From an uncultured Verrucomicrobiae bacterium (lineage in GTDB: Bacteria; Verrucomicrobiota; Verrucomicrobiia; Limisphaerales; Palsa-1400), in contig CAVXRD010000002.1 of the NCBI GenBank assembly GCA_963764165.1, forward strand, positions 3,424,001-3,488,000: a stretch of DNA of 64,000 nt, in the 5' to 3' direction. Shown here piece by piece: positions 43,448 through 52,014 of the stretch. Both the position numbers and the translations under genes were made by a program. Every line of letters starts with the position of its first letter. The first letter of the stretch is position 1. The notes below the pieces were generated by a model, which saw only the letters and a program-made list of their open reading frames with translations, was not told where the DNA came from and did not search any database.

Positions 43448-43633
43448 TTACGATACTTTTCGCGCGCTTCGCTTTGGCGCGCGCTTCGCTTGCTGAGTCT
43501 TGACAGCGAACTTGCCTCCTGATTCTGCTTCGCAACGGCGAATGTCTTCGCCGATGGCGTGAACGTCAAAATTGAATCGCTTCGCGTAATCCGTGCGGCG
43601 GCGGTGGATTTCTTGAACAATTGGATCTTTCAT
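43448..43633 (-). CDS. Small hypothetical protein, antitoxin-like
   Basis: MKDPIVQEIHRRRTDYAKRFNFDVHAIGEDIR resembles small ORFs usually found beside PIN genes. This is from recall, not a search. Confidence 0.6.
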   Translation of the reverse strand: MKDPIVQEIHRRRTDYAKRFNFDVHAIGEDIRRCEAESGGKFAVKTQQAKRAPKRSARKVS

Positions 43634-43636
43634 ACT

Positions 43637-43888
43637 TCACAGCCGGAAGGGTTTTACTAGATCGTCGGGCATCCGGGGCGGTTCCCAATCAGTGGTGCCA
43701 CGAACAGACTCGTGCCAGTCTTTGAACTTCTGTTTGCGGCGGGCCAACGCGCTCTGACGGGACGTGGGGCGCGGGCGGACAGGGGACTTGACATTTGCGT
43801 GTCGTTTATCCAGCCAGCCCAACAATTCCCGCGCCTGCTCAGCAGACAATTTCTTGACCTTTTTAACTGCGAGTTCAACCGCGCTCAT
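43637..43888 (-). CDS. Small hypothetical protein, DUF2281-like antitoxin
   Basis: MSAVELAVKKVKKLSAEQARELLGWL. It ends 3 nt before the next small ORF. Confidence 0.55.
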   Translation of the reverse strand: MSAVELAVKKVKKLSAEQARELLGWLDKRHANVKSPVRPRPTSRQSALARRKQKFKDWHESVRGTTDWEPPRMPDDLVKPFRL

Positions 43889-44051
43889 CACAATAATGCG
43901 TTACCCTTGACCGTCGTAATGATTGCCCGCAAGCAAGTCTAAATCCAGCGCGGACGCGCCACGACTCCAGGATAGAATGTGATCGAAAGTGAATGATGGA
44001 CGCAGGCCGACAGGCGGAGCCATGCGAAAGCATGCGCTCAGATGCTCGGCC

Positions 44052-45671
44052 TCAAGTTCGCCTACGCCATCCTTCTACAACTCTCACTATGCCCTCGGCA
44101 ACGTTGTGCCAAGCCTCGGAACGTCGCGTCCAGTTCGCTACCGGCTTTCCGTCTCGCGGGAGCGCTTGCAGCTTTCCGAAAGGCGCCCTTTTCCAGAGGC
44201 AGTTCTTTAAGATAATTGGAATCACGCATGCCTCGCCCCTTTTATCTCGCTTTAATGCTGTCTTCATCTCGATCTCATAGCAGTAGTCGGAGGCCAAAAA
44301 ATCAGCGCTAACCAAAAGTAATATTACATCTGCGCTAGCGAACCTCTCGTCGATTACGTCCTTCCACCTATCGCCCGGCATGATCTTACGATCATGCCAC
44401 GGCGTAATAAGGCCGTTGCGATGTAGTGTCTTAAGGTGAACTGCTAAACTGTCCCTCAACTTCTCGTCGTTGTGTGAATAACTGAACACCAAATTAATCG
44501 CTTCTTCGCGTTTCTTCGTTGCTGGGCGCCGTCGTCGCCCTCGGCTTGCTGCTTTGGAAACTTTCTCGGTCAAAAATCCGGAAATAAATGCCCAATAAAG
44601 ACTACCGACTCGCCTTAGCGCCTTGTCTTCCCAAGAGGCGATTCCGGTAAACTGGAGCTCCTCACCGACACGGTCAGCATTAAACTCATCAAGGCCTTCT
44701 TTCTTTAAATGCCGCACTATATCACCAAAAGACAGCGTCTTCTTGGTTGCTAAAAGTCCGTGAATATGCCTTGCCTCCTCGGATAAAGAATTATACCAAA
44801 GCCTAAAGAGTTCTGCATGCTGTCTAACAAAGACCTCCGCAATTTGATTCAGAGGGGCGTCGCTTTCGGTATTATACGGCAATCTCCTAAGTAGGCCAGA
44901 TGTTAATCCCGCATGCCCACCAGTTTGCGCCAACAGCCATAATCCTAGGCGGTCAATAGGCGTCTTGGCTTGCCCCAATTTCAAAGCCTTGATTAATTGA
45001 TTAGTTCCGTCCTTGGAAAGGCTCCCTAAGAAGTGTTTGGAAGCCCGACTGCCTATAGGCGACGTGTCGTCTATACAAAGTCGATAAAGTTCCTGCGCTC
45101 CCGAAAAGAGCATCGTCACTCTTCCGCTCACGCCCAGATCGAGACCATAAAGCAGAGAAAACAAGTTGTCCTGGAATCCCCTAGGAAATCTCTCACCCAA
45201 TATCCTTTTCGACTCATCGAGCAAGTAAAGCAGTCGTATATGTCTAACTTTCGTCGCGTGAAGAATCCGCATCACTGCGTCCGCAAAAAATTCGACCGAG
45301 CTAGCGCCCTTTTTTATATTAAATGTTCGAATTTCAAGCAGAAATCCAGGCGCTATTCTCCTACATACGTCTACAGTTGCAGACACCAGCTTCTCAAAGA
45401 AGACCACGGGTGTTGCATCTTCTTGCAGTTCGAGCAAGTTTACGTAGATTGCAACGTCCCGATCTACGTTTTCTGGCGATGCAAAGCGCTCATTCACATC
45501 CCTTTGCAATTTGAGTAGAAACGTCGTCTTGCCCGACTGCCTCCCGCCAAATAGCAGAGCCGACTTGTTTTGCGTCAACGCGTATAAAACCTCGCTCGCA
45601 AATAAGTCCCTTCCAAAGCAAAAACCGGCGCTTGGAAGAATGCTGGGGCCTTTACTAGGACCGTGTCGCAT
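44052..45671 (-). CDS. STAND/AAA-like P-loop ATPase with C-terminal TIR domain
   Basis: FCFGR, Walker A GGRQSGKTT, Walker B LLYLLDE and TGGHA. TIR region VFSYSHND..WHDRKIMPG..LLLVSADFLASDYCYEIE..VIPIILK. Confidence 0.9.
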   Translation of the reverse strand: MRHGPSKGPSILPSAGFCFGRDLFASEVLYALTQNKSALLFGGRQSGKTTFLLKLQRDVNERFASPENVDRDVAIYVNLLELQEDATPVVFFEKLVSATVDVCRRIAPGFLLEIRTFNIKKGASSVEFFADAVMRILHATKVRHIRLLYLLDESKRILGERFPRGFQDNLFSLLYGLDLGVSGRVTMLFSGAQELYRLCIDDTSPIGSRASKHFLGSLSKDGTNQLIKALKLGQAKTPIDRLGLWLLAQTGGHAGLTSGLLRRLPYNTESDAPLNQIAEVFVRQHAELFRLWYNSLSEEARHIHGLLATKKTLSFGDIVRHLKKEGLDEFNADRVGEELQFTGIASWEDKALRRVGSLYWAFISGFLTEKVSKAASRGRRRRPATKKREEAINLVFSYSHNDEKLRDSLAVHLKTLHRNGLITPWHDRKIMPGDRWKDVIDERFASADVILLLVSADFLASDYCYEIEMKTALKRDKRGEACVIPIILKNCLWKRAPFGKLQALPRDGKPVANWTRRSEAWHNVAEGIVRVVEGWRRRT

Positions 45672-48228
45672 AAGTGCGATGTAGCCATCGGTTAAGCAGC
45701 TCCATTGTTAACGAAGCCCGTTGATTCCGGACCGTGATGATTTGATACCCTTCCAAATGGCGCAAGCTCGTATGAAGCTTCTGCGAGCCTTGCATTAGCT
45801 GATTGATCGGCAGTGATCCGCCATTTCTCGATAACTTGAGGCAGGACTCACGTTCCTCGGGGTAGTCGCGTGTGAGTCTGGCAAAAATCTCCGCAAAATC
45901 CTTTTCGCCGACTGCATCGATATACCGATCAAGGACGTCTTCGACCATTGAGTGCGTAACGTGCAACGGACGGTCGGAGTACTGCTTCGCTATGAAACTG
46001 CACAGCTGGCGAGTGAAAAATGGGTGCCCGCCTGTTAGTTCGAAGATATAGTTACAGACCAAATCGTCATGATATCGAATTCCCATCCCACGACCAAGTG
46101 TGCGGATCATCTCTGTGCATTCCGCCGTATCGAAAAACTGCAGGTAAACCTCGCGAAAAAAATTGAACACGGGATTGTCTCGTTCGTCAAACTGGGGAAT
46201 CTCGCCGATTGAGGCGTTTGCGGCGGTTACCAGCATCGTGAATTGCTTAGTCTCTTGGCAAACTCCACGAAGGTATCCAAAAAAATCAAAAAAGCCCTTA
46301 AATCCCCGACCTAGCCTTGTGGGAAGAAGGCTTTCAACTTCATCGAGCAGAAGCACGACCTTTGGAGCGGGTGTCAAACTGCTCTTCTCAATCGCATGAA
46401 TCACCCGGCTGAGATCAGAGTCAAAGGCTGTTCCGACAGGTAGATCTTGGGGTACGTCTAGGTAGTCGGAATACTTTCCACCCAACCGCCATTGAAAATT
46501 AGAGAGCGGAAGCTGGCTGAAGCGTTGATTGAGGAGATTGGCCATGCGCCAATAAAGCCACCTTGCATCCGAAATTTCGGTTGGAACGCGTAAGAGATCG
46601 ACGTAAATTACGATATCCCCATTTTCGGACGAGCGAATTTGCGCCTCCTGCAGGAGTGATGTCTTCCCGACCTTGCGAAGTCCGAACAGCCCCGTAGGAG
46701 TGCTAGTGTGAATTGCGTCACGGATGTCAGCAAGTGCTTTTCCTCTACCAAAGAACCGGCGGCCTTTTACCGGCGAATTCAAAGCATAAAGATCGCGACG
46801 AAATAGCCAGTTATCTAAAATAGCTAATAACGTGCCGATCGGCTCCGCGGAGTTTTCGATTTCCTGTTGAGGAATGGGAACGATTGCCGTCCGTAATTCG
46901 CCTCTGTCCTCTATCCTGCTAAATAAGGCTCTTTGTACGGGCTCTGGTAGAGAGCCTACAACGAGCAACGCAACTTGATCATCTGCAACTCCATCGGGCA
47001 GTTGGCCCAGTCGTGTGTCCAGTGATTCTAGGTCAGCGATCGTTATGTTTGATTTGAACATACAGCGTATGAGCAACTGGCCCGTAAGACCATAGCTTTC
47101 GATCAACTCCACGCTATCTGTGCGAACAATAAAGTCTGCACCGACAGTTCCCGAAAAGACTTCGGCCTCAAGTATGTCTATGCCCCCATTGCGTAAAAAG
47201 TTAAAGACTAGATTGCCCCTATAATGTCCTCGGATTTTCGCTAAGTTGTGTGCTAGCAAATGCTGATGTAGTGGCCCCCCTGAACGGCCAAGCTGCGTGA
47301 ATCGTTCGATGCCTCCGTACGCGCGTATTGCATCTTCGTAGAATAATACTGATTCTCGTAGAGAGTCGGGCGTTCCCATGCGATAGTATGTATATCCTAG
47401 GGATGTAAGTATTCCCTTTTCACCTGCGCGATCTCCGCCTAGACAAAGCTGGAGAGCTGATCTCAAGTACTTAATGGCGTTATCGTATCTCTCAAGCGAT
47501 GCGGCCAACACTCCTGCCTCCTCCAAAATTTTCGTGCTGTGGGGAAACAAACGTATCCCCTCTTGGTATATCTTCAGAGCTTGTTCCTTTGAGTTGCGAT
47601 TCTTGTTGAATGCGGCATAACTCGATATTACGTGCTCCGTGGGAAACTCGAGCAAGGCTCGTCTATATAACCTATCGGCGTCGGGATATCGACGTTCTTC
47701 TCTGGCAAGAACGGCTTGCGCGAGCAAGTCGCGCGCGGGCCTTAGCACCGTATTTGGAAGGGAGATAATGACAACGTCCTGGGCCTGCGGTCCTTTGTCC
47801 GAATTGACTGGGCGGCAGCTGACCCTGTCCCCAACCGCCGGTAATACTGAGAGATCGGCGAGAAAACTGTAATGAAAGAAGAAGTCGCCACGTCTCGCTA
47901 TGCGAATGAAGCCAAAATGGCGTTCTGGACGTACCATTATAACTTCGCCTAAAACCATTTCGGTAATCTCTAAAGGTTCTGTACGCGAATCTAATTCTGG
48001 ATGCACATCTGTCGCCAACGTTCCGTTCTGCACTGCTTTTGTCGTGAAGATCACGCGATCGCCAGACTGCAACACTAACGTTGGGTCGCGAAGAGACTTT
48101 CGATGAACGAGAAATAGATCGGACGTCGCACCTTCTTCGTCTTCGGCCCGAATGTACCCGTATCCGCCTTTAGGCTCATACGTTTCGACCTGACCTCTTA
48201 AGTAATTTGGACTGTCTGTGTGAGGCAT
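45655..48228 (-). CDS. Multidomain protein: 2x cold-shock domain - TPR - REase-like region - STAND ATPase
   Basis: CSD RNP1/RNP2 motifs GGYGYI/LFLVH and HFGFI/FFFHYS, TPR repeats, GADFIV..LLIRC, FFGR, Walker A GLRKVGKTS, Walker B VVLLLDEVE and TGGHPFF. Confidence 0.85.
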   Translation of the reverse strand: MPHTDSPNYLRGQVETYEPKGGYGYIRAEDEEGATSDLFLVHRKSLRDPTLVLQSGDRVIFTTKAVQNGTLATDVHPELDSRTEPLEITEMVLGEVIMVRPERHFGFIRIARRGDFFFHYSFLADLSVLPAVGDRVSCRPVNSDKGPQAQDVVIISLPNTVLRPARDLLAQAVLAREERRYPDADRLYRRALLEFPTEHVISSYAAFNKNRNSKEQALKIYQEGIRLFPHSTKILEEAGVLAASLERYDNAIKYLRSALQLCLGGDRAGEKGILTSLGYTYYRMGTPDSLRESVLFYEDAIRAYGGIERFTQLGRSGGPLHQHLLAHNLAKIRGHYRGNLVFNFLRNGGIDILEAEVFSGTVGADFIVRTDSVELIESYGLTGQLLIRCMFKSNITIADLESLDTRLGQLPDGVADDQVALLVVGSLPEPVQRALFSRIEDRGELRTAIVPIPQQEIENSAEPIGTLLAILDNWLFRRDLYALNSPVKGRRFFGRGKALADIRDAIHTSTPTGLFGLRKVGKTSLLQEAQIRSSENGDIVIYVDLLRVPTEISDARWLYWRMANLLNQRFSQLPLSNFQWRLGGKYSDYLDVPQDLPVGTAFDSDLSRVIHAIEKSSLTPAPKVVLLLDEVESLLPTRLGRGFKGFFDFFGYLRGVCQETKQFTMLVTAANASIGEIPQFDERDNPVFNFFREVYLQFFDTAECTEMIRTLGRGMGIRYHDDLVCNYIFELTGGHPFFTRQLCSFIAKQYSDRPLHVTHSMVEDVLDRYIDAVGEKDFAEIFARLTRDYPEERESCLKLSRNGGSLPINQLMQGSQKLHTSLRHLEGYQIITVRNQRASLTMELLNRWLHRTYATRS

Positions 48229-48516
48229 GGATGCACGAACTGTGTTGCAAATTGCAAGCTTCGTCAAGGGCAAAGGTATCACCCCGGTTCCCGGTGTCAA
48301 TTCAATTGATCGTGCTAACCACATATTTCACATGTGATGTGATTATGCGGGAGTGACCTCTTTTTCGGAGCCTTTTATACAAGACTAAAACCGCAGACAG
48401 CGGCTTTGAAAAACGGTTGAGGAATATAGGATTGACACGCCTCAGCGCCGACATTTGGTCCTCGAACCGTGAACAATATGTGAATAACTGTGAATAATGT
48501 CAACTTGTATCGCGGG

Positions 48517-48603
48517 CTAAAGCGCCTGCAAACCGAAATCGCCGCCGAATTGGACGCCTTGCTTCCCGCCATCCTCGACCGCGCCTTCAAGGGAGAGATT
48601 TGA
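48517..48603 (+). pseudogene. hsdS: 3'-terminal remnant of a type I restriction-modification specificity subunit
   Basis: Translates as LKRLQTEIAAELDALLPAILDRAFKGEI*, the characteristic HsdS C-terminus. No upstream gene body. Confidence 0.75.
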
Positions 48604-48615
48604 TGGCTGTCCGAA

Positions 48616-48850
48616 AATCCCGAAGGGATTTTATCATTCAGCCCAGCGTTGACCCGATTCTGAGAGGGCCTACGCTGGGTCATTGCGGTTAATGTTTACC
48701 AACCCTGCAAGGGTTGAATCAAACTCGAAGCGAAGCGCGGGTGGAATTGATGCAACCCATTCAGGGTTGGGGCCTTCGAATGCAGTTACCCAGGGTAGGC
48801 CTCTTTGAATCGGCCAACCCTGGGCTAAATGATCCAATTCCTTTGGAATT
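48616..48850. repeat. Long imperfect inverted repeat (AGCCCAGGGTTG-type REP/MITE)
   Basis: atcattcagcccagcgttgacccgattc (48633) against gaatcggccaaccctgggctaaatgat (48807), with inner caaccc..gggttg hairpins. Confidence 0.75.
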
Positions 48851-49040
48851 GTTGGCTGGCTGCCGTTGCACTGCGGGTGAAAGCCCCGGCGCGAAGGGGA
48901 GGGTGCAGGTTGATTTCAATCACCTCCCACCGGAACGAAATGTTGCAGTACCTGTTGCACTCTTGTAGCAGTAAATGTTGCACTTTATCTCATTGAGGCT
49001 CAACGATGTAGCGGATGTTGCAGTCTTCTGGAGATTATAT

Positions 49041-49329
49041 AATCTGGAACTCAAGAAATCAGGAACGGAGGGCACTGTCGTGTTGGGCGGAATGTGGTTG
49101 GACCTGCGCTAGACGTGGGTTGAATTGGCGGAAATTTGGGCGGACACGCAGGTCCGCCCTACCAAATTGAGGTAGGGCGGTGCTGCGTCGCCGCCCAATA
49201 ATTTTCCCTGTTTCACGCCCGCATTTCATCGCAATTGCCAAGCCAGGAATTCTCCCGCGTCGGTCGCGTTCTCCAGCCCGCTTGCATGGTTTCGGAACCC
49301 TCATTTCCTGCGTTAGGTCGTTCCAGATT
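49041..49329. repeat. Degenerate copy of the AATCTGGAACTCAGGAA inverted-repeat element with a nested REP doublet
   Basis: aatctggaactcaagaaatcaggaa at 49041 and tttcctg...gttccagatt ending at 49329. Compare 52015-52190. Confidence 0.65.
49135..49198. repeat. GTAG-type REP doublet (copy 2)
   Basis: Direct repeat of 43272-43334 with 4 mismatches over 63 nt. Confidence 0.88.
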
Positions 49330-49685
49330 CAATTTTTCGCATTTTTTTCCAAAAATCGCGCCGAAAACACTCTGGTAGGTTTTTCATCCGGCCCATGCCG
49401 TGTCAAAGTGCGGTCATGTGCATGGAGCAGATGTCGCCTCTACGAGGCTTTAATTCTAAAGGGATCGCCGACTACAAAGATGTCGCGCCTCTGGCGCTGC
49501 TGAGTAATGATATGCGCCCTCAACCGGATTTGGTCGGAAAGAACCGTTACACTCTATTGCACCCTCTTGCACCCTTGATTTTTAGTGAATCGAATTGCAC
49601 CCAGCATTCCTCGCTTTCGCCCCACCCGGCGGGGAGAGAGAATTGTATGGTTGCGGGCTTTTCAAAATCGTCCCATCATGCGCGG

Positions 49686-50348
49686 ATGAACAAGCGGCAG
49701 GCTGCCATCAAACGGGGCACGAACGAGACGAACATCGTCGCCACGCTGAATCTGGACGGGACTGGGAAGGCGTCCATCCGCACCCGCGTGCCTTTCTTCG
49801 ATCATATGCTGACGCTTTTTGCCAAGCATGCGACGATGGATCTCTCCTTGACCTGCAAGGGCGACATCGAAGTGGATGCCCACCATACCGTGGAGGACTG
49901 CGGGATTGTGCTGGGCCAGGCGTTTCTCCAAGCGCTCGGGGATAAGAAAGGGTTGAAGCGTTATGGGACGGGTTTTGATCCTCGAAACCCTTTCACCGGA
50001 GAGGCGTATGTGCCTATGGATGAGTGCCTTGCGCGTTGCGTGGTGGATTTTGGCGGGCGTCCGTATCTAGTCTGGCGCGGGTTGGATTCGGCGGCGCACA
50101 AGAAGATCACTTTGGCGGAAAAGACGCAGGACGCTTCGTCTGCCTTCCGGTTCGGTCTGGCGCGGGAGTTTTTCCAGGCCTTTGCCAACGAGGCGCGGTG
50201 CAATCTTCATTTGGAATTGCTTTATGGGGATGAACCCCATCACATTGTGGAAGCGATTTTCAAAGCGTTCGCTCGTGCGGTAGACGTTGCCTGCCAACGA
50301 GATGCACGAATTCTGGGACAACTGCCAAGCACCAAGGGAAGGTTGTGA
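49686..50348 (+). CDS. hisB: Imidazoleglycerol-phosphate dehydratase
   Basis: RGTNETNI, FFDHML, DAHHTVED, VPMDE, HHIVEAIFKAFARA and PSTKG. Confidence 0.96.
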   Translation: MNKRQAAIKRGTNETNIVATLNLDGTGKASIRTRVPFFDHMLTLFAKHATMDLSLTCKGDIEVDAHHTVEDCGIVLGQAFLQALGDKKGLKRYGTGFDPRNPFTGEAYVPMDECLARCVVDFGGRPYLVWRGLDSAAHKKITLAEKTQDASSAFRFGLAREFFQAFANEARCNLHLELLYGDEPHHIVEAIFKAFARAVDVACQRDARILGQLPSTKGRL

Positions 50349-50356
50349 GGCGCACT

Positions 50357-50383
50357 GAATAAATTGCAATCGGCCACGTCAAA
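50357..50383 (+). promoter_or_regulatory. Possible ECF-type autoregulatory promoter
   Basis: GAAT-N17-GTCAAA ends 4 nt before the ECF sigma ATG, which implies an almost leaderless transcript. Confidence 0.35.
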
Positions 50384-50387
50384 CACT

Positions 50388-50987
50388 ATGTCAACGGAAC
50401 CTGATAAGTCAGCCATCCCGGAGGCGGACTTGGTCAGAATGTCCCAGCGAGGCGACTTGCAGGCGTTCGAGGAACTGGTGGCGCGGTATCGGGATAAAGT
50501 ATACGCGCGAGCGTATAGCATGATGCGCAATGAAGAGGAAGCGCTTGATCTTTCACAGGATGCATGGGTAAAGGGCTGGCAGCGGTTGGCGCAGTTTCAG
50601 GGTGATTCGAGTTTTATCACATGGATGACGAGGATTGTCATCAACCTGTGCTTGGATCAGTTGCGGAAGCACAAACGCCAGCGGGCGGAATCCATCGAGG
50701 CGATGGAGGAGGAAGGCGGGGTCGAGCGGCATTTGCCGGTGGAAAACCCGAACCCGACGAGCGGATTGGAGCGGGCGGAATTGCGGGAGCGGATTGACCG
50801 GGCATTGGCCCAGTTGTCGCATGAACACCGCACCGTGCTGGTCTTGCATGAATTTGAGGAAATGGAATATAAGGAAATCGCAAAGCGGATGAAGTGTTCG
50901 ATAGGGACGGTGATGTCCCGGTTATTTTACGCGCGGCGCAGAATGGCGTCGCTCTTGGCAGGTTTGAAACGAGAAAGTTCGGAATGA
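50388..50987 (+). CDS. ECF sigma-70 factor (RpoE-like)
   Basis: GDLQAFEELVARY, FQGDSSFITWMTRIVINLCLD and YKEIAKRMKCSIGTVMSRLFYAR. Confidence 0.92.
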   Translation: MSTEPDKSAIPEADLVRMSQRGDLQAFEELVARYRDKVYARAYSMMRNEEEALDLSQDAWVKGWQRLAQFQGDSSFITWMTRIVINLCLDQLRKHKRQRAESIEAMEEEGGVERHLPVENPNPTSGLERAELRERIDRALAQLSHEHRTVLVLHEFEEMEYKEIAKRMKCSIGTVMSRLFYARRRMASLLAGLKRESSE

Positions 50988-51514
50988 AAGAAGATTTACA
51001 GTTAAAGGTTCAGGCATGGCTCGACGGCGAGTTGCCGGATCACGAAGCCCGGCAGCTTGGCGAGTGGATCGCCACGGATGCCGAGGCGTCAGCTTTAGTG
51101 GCGGAATTGGGCTCGGTTCATCGTGCTCTTTCGGGCAATGAGACCCACGCTGTCCTCACCGACAGCCGAGATTTTTATTGGAGCAAAATCGAGCGCCAGA
51201 TTCGGCGCGAGGCGGCGCAAGCGCCAGTCTACGCATCGATTCCGTGGTATGCGCGGCTGCGGCGTTACATGGCGCCGCTGGCGGGCGTGGCGGTTTTGGC
51301 CTGCGCCTTGCTGATGGCTGTGGTGCAACGTTCTTCGGCCCCGGTTGACGAGACTTCCTCGACCGGCGGCGGAATGGAGGCCCTTACTTTTCACGACCAA
51401 TCCGCGGGGATGACGGTTGTCTGGCTGCAGGATAACAGCGCGCCCGCGGAGGAAAAACCGCTCTTTAATAACGCACTTTTCGAGGACGAGCCGGGCACGG
51501 TTATCGACCTGTGA
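50984..51514 (+). CDS. Transmembrane anti-sigma factor
   Basis: VQAWLDGEL and one TM segment. ATGA overlap with the sigma gene. Confidence 0.8.
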   Translation: MKEDLQLKVQAWLDGELPDHEARQLGEWIATDAEASALVAELGSVHRALSGNETHAVLTDSRDFYWSKIERQIRREAAQAPVYASIPWYARLRRYMAPLAGVAVLACALLMAVVQRSSAPVDETSSTGGGMEALTFHDQSAGMTVVWLQDNSAPAEEKPLFNNALFEDEPGTVIDL

Positions 51515-51996
51515 TGAGCACATTCAAATTCCCCCTTTCTATGCGTTACGTTGTGCGACTCCTTCTGGCCGCGCTCCTTTTTGCCACAACCGCGGCGCGG
51601 GCTGGTGATCTCAAATTGGAGGCCCGCCTGGTGTGGGGCACCAATGAGGAAAAGGCCGGCCCAAACTGCAAGCCCGTCGACGCTGGCTTGGCTGAAAAAC
51701 TCCACGGCACTTTCAAGTGGAAGAATTATTACGAAATCACCAATCAACTGGCCGCGATTCCGGTTGGCAAAAGCAGCGATATAAAAATGAGCGGCAAATG
51801 CATGCTGCGGGTGAAGAACCTGGGCGAGTCGCGCATTGAAGTGAGTTGCATTGGTGACGGAAAAGAAGTCCACAAAGGCGCCTACACACTCACGCCCCCG
51901 AAATGGCTGGTTCTAGGCGGCAACGACAAGGACAACACCGCCTGGTTCGTCGGCGTCCGCGCCAGCGACGATGCGAAATCTATCAGCAAGAACTGA
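51514..51996 (+). CDS. Secreted hypothetical protein of the ECF cassette
   Basis: Signal peptide ending ARA; LEARLVWGTN..FKWKNYYEI. Confidence 0.7.
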   Translation: MSTFKFPLSMRYVVRLLLAALLFATTAARAGDLKLEARLVWGTNEEKAGPNCKPVDAGLAEKLHGTFKWKNYYEITNQLAAIPVGKSSDIKMSGKCMLRVKNLGESRIEVSCIGDGKEVHKGAYTLTPPKWLVLGGNDKDNTAWFVGVRASDDAKSISKN

Positions 51997-52014
51997 ATCC
52001 GGAACGGGGATTTT

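Noticed and set aside
43249..43991. 13-bp direct repeat gtgatcgaaagtg at 43249 and 43979 as possible att sites
   Set aside because: A match of this length and spacing is plausible by chance in 64 kb, and no integrase or tRNA is nearby.
48941..49025. Short periodic repeats considered as a CRISPR array
   Set aside because: Units are only about 7 nt with no unique 25-45 nt spacers, and there are no cas genes. No CRISPR array, tRNA or rRNA was recognised in the window.
49395..49685. 97-aa N-terminal extension of HisB in the ORF track
   Set aside because: It overlaps repeat DNA. HisB homology begins at MNKRQA (49686).
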